From assembly GCA_048886185.1 (NCBI GenBank), contig JBHLKY010000003.1:210595-242594 (forward strand): a stretch of 32,000 nucleotides of DNA, written 5' to 3'. How positions within the stretch are numbered: position 1 is the stretch's first letter; each line of letters begins with the position of its first letter. This document shows positions 26,176-32,000 of the stretch, one piece after another. The stretch comes from Candidatus Hermodarchaeota archaeon (GTDB lineage Archaea > Asgardarchaeota > Heimdallarchaeia > Hodarchaeales > Hodarchaeaceae). Made by a program: the position numbers and the translations under genes. The notes under the pieces are model-generated. The model was given only the letters and a program-made list of their open reading frames with translations, was not told the DNA's origin and ran no database searches.

Positions 26176-28305
26176 TTGAAAAAGCAGAAAAAATTCGTTT
26201 TAATACTTATCATAATTATATTAGGTTCATTTTTACTTGTTTGTGGCTTTAATACTACCTTTTCGGTAAATACAACATCTTTGACGAAACTACGAAGTAG
26301 TAAGTTTTTATCCACCTCTCAGAATTTCAGGGTTGACCTTGAAAGAAAAGAAGACCAATTCCTTGACATTTCTACTTCTGAAAACTCCTGGACTTATATG
26401 TTATATCTGGATGCTGATAATGATATAGAAAGAGATGCTGTTCAAGATTTGGAAGAAATTGAACGTGGTGGTGGAAGTAATTCCGAAATTAATGTTATTA
26501 TTCTATTCGATAGAATACCTGGGTATGATGATAGTCATGGGAATTGGAGTGGTAGCCGTTATTATTTAGCCTCTGAAGATCAATCATCAGTTGAATTTGA
26601 TTCCATTCTTTTAGAGGACTTAGGAGAAGTAGATATGGGTAATCCCACCACTCTCATTAATTTCCTCAGCTTCTGTTTTGAAAATTATCCTGCTGAGAAT
26701 TACTGCTTGGATTTATGGAATCATGGCTGGGGAGTATATGGTATGTGTGCTGATGAAACGAATTTTGATGAAAGTATGGGATTATCACTAGATACTATCC
26801 AATATGCCATAACAAATTCCACTGGTACTTATGGAACTGAAATTGACGTAATTTCTATGGACGCGTGTAATATGAACACGTTGGAAGTTGCTTGGGAGCT
26901 AAGAAATTTATGTAAGTATTTTATCGCTACAGAAGATACAACTCATGGCTATGAATATGAACCTATTATTCGAGGGCTTCTGGATGCTCCCGAAATGACT
27001 GCTTTTGAGTTATGTAGATTAATGGTTGATACTTATGCAAATGAATTCGATTCGTGGGACTCAAATTGCTTATCTGTTATTAATGAATCTCTAATTTCTG
27101 AGATTATACCCTATATCAATAACTTCACAGACAAGCTAACTTATTGCTTAACTGAACTTGCTTATGAAAAATTGTTTTTGTGGATAAGAGAAAGCAGTCT
27201 GGACTTTTTTGGAGATGAATTCGTTGACTTAATTACTTTTACAGAGAAAATAACATCCTTTACCAATTATGAACCTCTCAAAAGAGTCGCCAATGAACTT
27301 GTGCATTTTTTGGAACAATTGGTTGCGTATAATTGGCAACAGAGTTCATACCAAGGAGCTGCACGAGGAATAAGCATCTACTTACCTTATACTTCCAGAC
27401 AAGAGATATTTTACATGTTGAATAATTATGTGGATCAGATTGGGGTATTCGAAGGGATGGATTGGCAAAGGGACTCACAATGGGATGAGTTTCTTGAGCT
27501 ATACTGGCGTCAGAGCTATTATATTGTCCAACCAGGACCTAGTCGTCTTCCTTTAGGAGATCCAACTGATGAGTTTTCTCTTTCTCAAGCTGAAGGAAAA
27601 TTGTTCCGAATAAGATTTTGGCAAGAAGCAATTTATGAATTCACGTGTCGAATATCCTCGGGTGATATAGATATGCTAGTTCTAAGCTCTGAGAGATATA
27701 TTGGTGGAAGTTATCTTATTAATCCTAATGACGGTTCAACTGAATATTGTCGTTTTTATCTTCCAAGGGATACTTATTATATTTTTTTGACTGGAATAGG
27801 TTCTAATTCCAGTTGTACAATGGAGGTGAACCAATTTTATCCTCAGAACCTCTCTTGTAATACCCCTTATAGGTTTTTTGGGGGCACAAAACAAGGAGAT
27901 AGTACAGGACATTTCATTCAAGACTTACATCATTACTTTCGAGTTGAAATGGGAAAAGGAAATTATACGATTGTTCTTCGGAATTCAGAACTAGCAAATC
28001 ATCAATTAACAATATATGATAACTCTTGGATTCAAATCCTTTCCTTTGAACCAGCAGGTTATGGAAAAACTATTACTTCGAATTATAATTCTACCAATAA
28101 TGTAACAATTCTCTATTTTGAAGTAATTGGACTTGAAGGTGCAGGAAGCTTTACAATAGAAATTATAAACAATGAATTTAACCAAAAACCTGTATCATCT
28201 TCAGAAGAATTATTTACTTCCCAAAATTCTAGCGGTTTTTTGTATACTCTTGTGATTCCATTAGGAATGCTAGTACCCATCTATAAAAAGAAATTTGATA
28301 GGTAA
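26176..28305 (+). CDS. Clostripain-family (C11) cysteine peptidase, secreted, with C-terminal beta-domains and anchor
   Basis: WTYMLYLDADNDIE, DMGNPTTL, YPAENY.L.LWNHG (catalytic His), DACNM...EVA (catalytic Cys); SSGF + TM + KKK tail. TTG at 26176 after AGGTGG is the likely start (the track starts at 26128). Confidence 0.92.
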   Translation: MKKQKKFVLILIIIILGSFLLVCGFNTTFSVNTTSLTKLRSSKFLSTSQNFRVDLERKEDQFLDISTSENSWTYMLYLDADNDIERDAVQDLEEIERGGGSNSEINVIILFDRIPGYDDSHGNWSGSRYYLASEDQSSVEFDSILLEDLGEVDMGNPTTLINFLSFCFENYPAENYCLDLWNHGWGVYGMCADETNFDESMGLSLDTIQYAITNSTGTYGTEIDVISMDACNMNTLEVAWELRNLCKYFIATEDTTHGYEYEPIIRGLLDAPEMTAFELCRLMVDTYANEFDSWDSNCLSVINESLISEIIPYINNFTDKLTYCLTELAYEKLFLWIRESSLDFFGDEFVDLITFTEKITSFTNYEPLKRVANELVHFLEQLVAYNWQQSSYQGAARGISIYLPYTSRQEIFYMLNNYVDQIGVFEGMDWQRDSQWDEFLELYWRQSYYIVQPGPSRLPLGDPTDEFSLSQAEGKLFRIRFWQEAIYEFTCRISSGDIDMLVLSSERYIGGSYLINPNDGSTEYCRFYLPRDTYYIFLTGIGSNSSCTMEVNQFYPQNLSCNTPYRFFGGTKQGDSTGHFIQDLHHYFRVEMGKGNYTIVLRNSELANHQLTIYDNSWIQILSFEPAGYGKTITSNYNSTNNVTILYFEVIGLEGAGSFTIEIINNEFNQKPVSSSEELFTSQNSSGFLYTLVIPLGMLVPIYKKKFDR

Positions 28306-28748
28306 TTTCAATATCAGAATTTAGTGTTAGCAACTAAATTTCAATACAATAACTGATTATAAGTTCTTTTAACCTCTTCTAAATAGAGTGCATATATTTT
28401 TCAGCCAAACAAATCAATCTAATTTGCTAAAAATGAGAAGTCCAAAATCATCATTTCATAGCTCATTAGACTTCATAGAAAACATTTTCAAAACTATTTT
28501 TACTGGCAGAGGACAATCTGATCACCATAGAAGAACAGACCAGCAAAATCGGGTGGAAATACTACCTCTGGAAGTTTCCTAGGGTGCTTGAGACGAAACA
28601 CCAGGGCCCCCTACTAGGCATTAAAACTGGGAGACTGAATTATAGTCCAAGAATAGGGTTCATTTAAGAGGCGGATCTAGATTCTATTGCTAGGATTTAT
28701 GATCTCAAGTCCTTTGACAGAAAACCTCAGCTACAGGAGTAAGGCGAA

Positions 28749-29162
28749 TTGTTCATTCCAATGCTCACAGCGTTCTTACTTTCCCGAGAAGAAGCGGCTA
28801 AGACGAGAGTACTTATCAGGAAGTTACTCCTGGTTAATGAGGTGATCTCTTTTCTCTCATCTTTTCTTTCAATCTCAAGTTCTCCGAATTACAGACTTTT
28901 TCTACCGTTTTCGTATCCCCTAGGGCTATCATATAGCGTTGCCCCAGAAGCAATTTACCCTCCCTACATTACTTGGTATGTGTGGTTATTCCTCCCAAGG
29001 GATTTCTACCCAAGTCCCACATTTCAATTCACACTACAACTTGAAAGAGTCGAAGTTCTTCTCATAAAAACATTCTTTTTCTTCGTATTCCTTGCGATTA
29101 ATACTATTGTTTCGGTTAGTGTCCTCCTCTTAGTGAAACGAGCCAAAGACGCCAAAAATTAG
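28749..29162 (+). CDS. Hypothetical membrane protein, possibly a fragment
   Basis: 137-aa ORF with hydrophobic segments and AGGAG upstream; no family recognised. Confidence 0.5.
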   Translation: MFIPMLTAFLLSREEAAKTRVLIRKLLLVNEVISFLSSFLSISSSPNYRLFLPFSYPLGLSYSVAPEAIYPPYITWYVWLFLPRDFYPSPTFQFTLQLERVEVLLIKTFFFFVFLAINTIVSVSVLLLVKRAKDAKN

Positions 29163-29215
29163 ACTATGTATCCGAGGTGTGATACCTGATTTCAAGGAAA
29201 CCATTCCTTAGAAAC

Positions 29216-30085
29216 TTTATATATGAAAGACTACTTTTAATACGAGAATTATTAGCCAGTAATGGATCGATTTTCGTTCATTTAGACTGGCATTCAGTAC
29301 ACTATGTTAAAGTGATTATGGATGAAATTTTTGGGCGTAAAAACTTCAGAGCAGATACAATCTGGCAACGAACACCAGGGCACCATTTGTCATCAACAAT
29401 GGATGTCATGACAGATGTCATCCTATGGTATAGTAAAACCGAAGATGTGGTGTACCACCAACAATACCAGTACCTAACTGATGAGGAGATAAAGGAAAAA
29501 TTCCCCTATATTGAGAAGGAAACAGGACGCCGATTCACCCACGAAAAACTTGAACAGAGTGCAAACGCGTACAGTATAGGTGAGAAAAGAAGAATCGGTA
29601 ATAGAGAGGTTACTACAAACGTGGGTTGGCGTTGGACACAAGAAACATTTGATAAGAGATCAAAAGATAATCCTCATCTAATTTTTTCGACAAGTAAAGG
29701 AAGACCACGATACAAGCGTTATGCTGATGAATACCTAGGCAGAAAGATTGGTAACCTTTAGACTGATATTCCATCACTTGCCTCAAATGAAAAGGAACGA
29801 TTAGGGTATCCAACTCAAAAACCCGAAGCTTTACTCAAGAGAATTACAGAAATGACTTCTAATGAGGGAGATATTGTTGCTGACTTCTTCTGTGGGTCTG
29901 GAACTACTTTAGTAACAGCCGAAAAGCTGAATAGACGATGGATAGGAGTAGATTTCTCTGATTATGCCGTTGAATTGACAAAAAAACGATTTTTTTCAAT
30001 AAAAAAGTCCAAAAACTTGGTTAAAGAAGGAGAATTTTACGAAAAAGTAGCGAAACCGTTTGAAGTATTAATTCTTACCAAGTAA
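29216..30085 (+). pseudogene. Beta-class N6/N4 DNA methyltransferase pseudogene (5'-truncated, internal amber stop)
   Basis: FIYERLLLIRELL..NGSIFVHLDWH..HYVKVIMDEIFG; IGNL*TDI with TAG at 29759-29761 where Trp (WTDI) is expected; YPTQKPEALL and DFFCGSGTT. The N-terminal catalytic DPP(Y/F) motif is absent. Joins track ORFs 29312-29761 and 29852-30085 in one frame. Confidence 0.88.
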
Positions 30086-30124
30086 TTATCAACCTTAATC
30101 ACAAGCTATAGAGGAACATCGAGT

Positions 30125-32000
30125 TTATTCCTTTGAATTTGATCTCTTCCTTAAAAGAAGGACAATTATCACCAATTCAAACACAAAGAAATAAGATGCT
30201 GCATTGTTTGTTGTTGTTCTGGTATTAGATTGAGTGGGTATGGAAGTTAACTGTTCATACAACTTGGGTGTTATAAAACCCTCAGTCCATGATGGTCTTT
30301 CAGGAGTAGTTCCTTGATCAAGTAATTCCAACCACTCACTATCTGTCATACGTTCTCCAAAAGGTGTTGTAAATTCATAATAAGAAAAAACTAAGCCAGC
30401 ACCAGCAATGTAATCACCCCCATGTTTATAAGCTATAAGGATAGGATTAAAATGCGCTGTTGCTTCGTGTAATGTAACCCTGATGTTTGGTTCTGTTAAA
30501 ACATCAGCAATAAGTGCTGGACTTTTTTCATTTTCAGAGTACATATGAAATGATTTAAGTGATCCCCCAATATCGTGAATTTGGCTCTGTTCCATATCTG
30601 TGAGAGTTTCTCCCTGTTCTATTTTCTTAGCCATTGCCCCAAAATTCTGACATAAAGAGATTATAATTTCTGTTTGCTTTAAAAAACGATTTCGATCAGT
30701 TTCATTCAGATAATTCATACAAATTCTTTTTGCAGCTAATACCATATTCTTTAATGAATCCCAAAAAGCAGATACAGGCTCAATCAACCCTTTCTCCTCA
30801 CTTACACACTCTGGTATGAAAGTTTGTTTCCCATAAAGAATTACATCATGCCGTAACTGGGTCCATGAAGCTAACATAGAATTGAGTCGTAGTAATTGCC
30901 ATGGTTCTATCTGAGTAAACCATGGAAGGTAGGTGGGTTTACTTAATGTTTCATAACTTGTAAGAGTTCTAAGGGTCTTTAGCCAACTATTATAAACAGA
31001 ACGTTCCCAATAAGTTGTAGGAAGATTGTCAAAGTACGTTGTTGCAGCAATAAGATTCTCGGTGAGGTTGGGTGTGTTCTTTTTTTCTTCAAAAAGCAAA
31101 TCATCTGCTTTTTCACTCCCCATAACAGTTGCAGCAATTTCTAACCCATTAGAACATCTAAAGGGAGTATTAGGATAGGAGACATTATGAAAAACCTCAC
31201 TATCAGGAAGATATTTCTCTCCTAAGAATTGGATATATTTCGGAGGGATTCGACCAGGCCAAGCTTGACGAGTAGAATCTATCTTAGATAAAGGATAGAT
31301 TGGTCTGGCGAGTTCTATTTGCAATAATGTAATGTTTTCATCAGCCTCAAAGTCACTTGGCCTAGAGTTTGATCCAAAACATGAGTTAATAGCCTTATTA
31401 AGCATAGCAGGAGTGATACTGTCAGCAATATTTACGAGATAACTTGTTATGTTATATAATGCCTCCCATTTGTTCTTTAGAATGTTATCATTCCACAATG
31501 TCAAAGAAAACAATATACTTTGACGTAGTTCATGTATAGCTTCTTTGGTACTGTTTGAATCCCAATCATCATCCACTCTAAATATCCGTCTGCTAACCCA
31601 TTTCATCGCTCTAAAGTATTTTTCAAGTGTGCTATCTCCCTCATAATACCCTCTTACCTTAAATTGGGTGTAATCTTCGCCTGGGAAATATTCAATTAGA
31701 TTTTGTTCAACAATTTTTCTTAGAAAAGAATTAATGGTCTCATTAACCTCGTTTGGAATTTCGGGATCAAGCTCTAGGAGTTTTGTTGCAACTCCGAAAA
31801 AAACAAGATTCCTTTTGAGAGCCTCTTGAATGTTTGAATTATTAGGTGAATTGGAATAATCCAACAGGGTTTGTTGATACATTCCCCAAAGGAGATCTTG
31901 TAGATCCTCAGAGAGTTTGTTTTTTTCTATTTTTTTCAACTGATCCTCAATTAAAGTATGAAATAGGTGTAACATTACATCTGCGGTCACAAACGAACCT
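30125..32000 (-). CDS. DUF3160-family surface protein with C-terminal anchor (N-terminus beyond the window)
   Basis: LASWTQLRHDVILYGKQ, IADV.T, G.V.SYYEF and R.TD.EW...RPSW motifs. The frame is open to the right edge and ends in a T/S linker + TM + RKR. Confidence 0.85.
   Translation of the reverse strand, partial: GSFVTADVMLHLFHTLIEDQLKKIEKNKLSEDLQDLLWGMYQQTLLDYSNSPNNSNIQEALKRNLVFFGVATKLLELDPEIPNEVNETINSFLRKIVEQNLIEYFPGEDYTQFKVRGYYEGDSTLEKYFRAMKWVSRRIFRVDDDWDSNSTKEAIHELRQSILFSLTLWNDNILKNKWEALYNITSYLVNIADSITPAMLNKAINSCFGSNSRPSDFEADENITLLQIELARPIYPLSKIDSTRQAWPGRIPPKYIQFLGEKYLPDSEVFHNVSYPNTPFRCSNGLEIAATVMGSEKADDLLFEEKKNTPNLTENLIAATTYFDNLPTTYWERSVYNSWLKTLRTLTSYETLSKPTYLPWFTQIEPWQLLRLNSMLASWTQLRHDVILYGKQTFIPECVSEEKGLIEPVSAFWDSLKNMVLAAKRICMNYLNETDRNRFLKQTEIIISLCQNFGAMAKKIEQGETLTDMEQSQIHDIGGSLKSFHMYSENEKSPALIADVLTEPNIRVTLHEATAHFNPILIAYKHGGDYIAGAGLVFSYYEFTTPFGERMTDSEWLELLDQGTTPERPSWTEGFITPKLYEQLTSIPTQSNTRTTTNNAASYFFVFELVIIVLLLRKRSNSKE

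Noticed and set aside
29759-29761. Pyrrolysine or stop-codon recoding at in-frame TAG/TGA/TAA sites
   Set aside because: All three stop types occur in remnants, intact genes terminate normally with all three, and the lesions fit simple transitions.
1408-29813. The other short track ORFs that overlap annotated genes (e.g. 1408, 1846, 4036, 5417, 9036, 9187, 10598, 11186, 11416, 12538, 12976, 13270, 14233, 14808, 16669, 18623, 19637, 20450, 20565, 23047, 23088, 23495, 23589, 24662, 25425, 27278, 27736, 29613), plus the intergenic 28388-28582
   Set aside because: All but 28388 are nested in or antisense to well-supported genes; none has a recognisable motif.

Overview
AT-rich archaeal DNA, most likely an Asgard archaeon (Heimdallarchaeia/Hodarchaeales-like). 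This is an inference from three Rab-like small GTPase paralogues, archaeal TATA boxes and several surface proteins with PGF/SGF-type C-terminal anchors. The window is an accessory, high-turnover region with no rRNA, tRNA, CRISPR array, transposase or integrase that I can recognise. It encodes three peptidases (oligopeptidase B, which is missing from the ORF track and runs off the left edge; an M14 carboxypeptidase; a clostripain), a Zn-dependent polyol dehydrogenase plus MFS transporter, RNase HI, a flavin reductase, a nucleoside hydrolase, two toxin-antitoxin modules (wHTH-MNT/HEPN and VapBC, each with an 8-6-8 palindromic operator), a HerA-like protein with dead Walker motifs, a FYVE-like Zn-finger fused to a Rab-like pseudo-GTPase, and about six gene remnants. 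The most striking unannotated signal is a non-palindromic ~93-bp intergenic repeat. I found 11 full or partial copies between 7.5 and 25.5 kb, all on the same strand, mostly with ungapped spacing, and independent of neighbouring gene orientation. They divide the region into cassette-like units of one to three genes. All alignments and counts were done by eye and no database searches were run.
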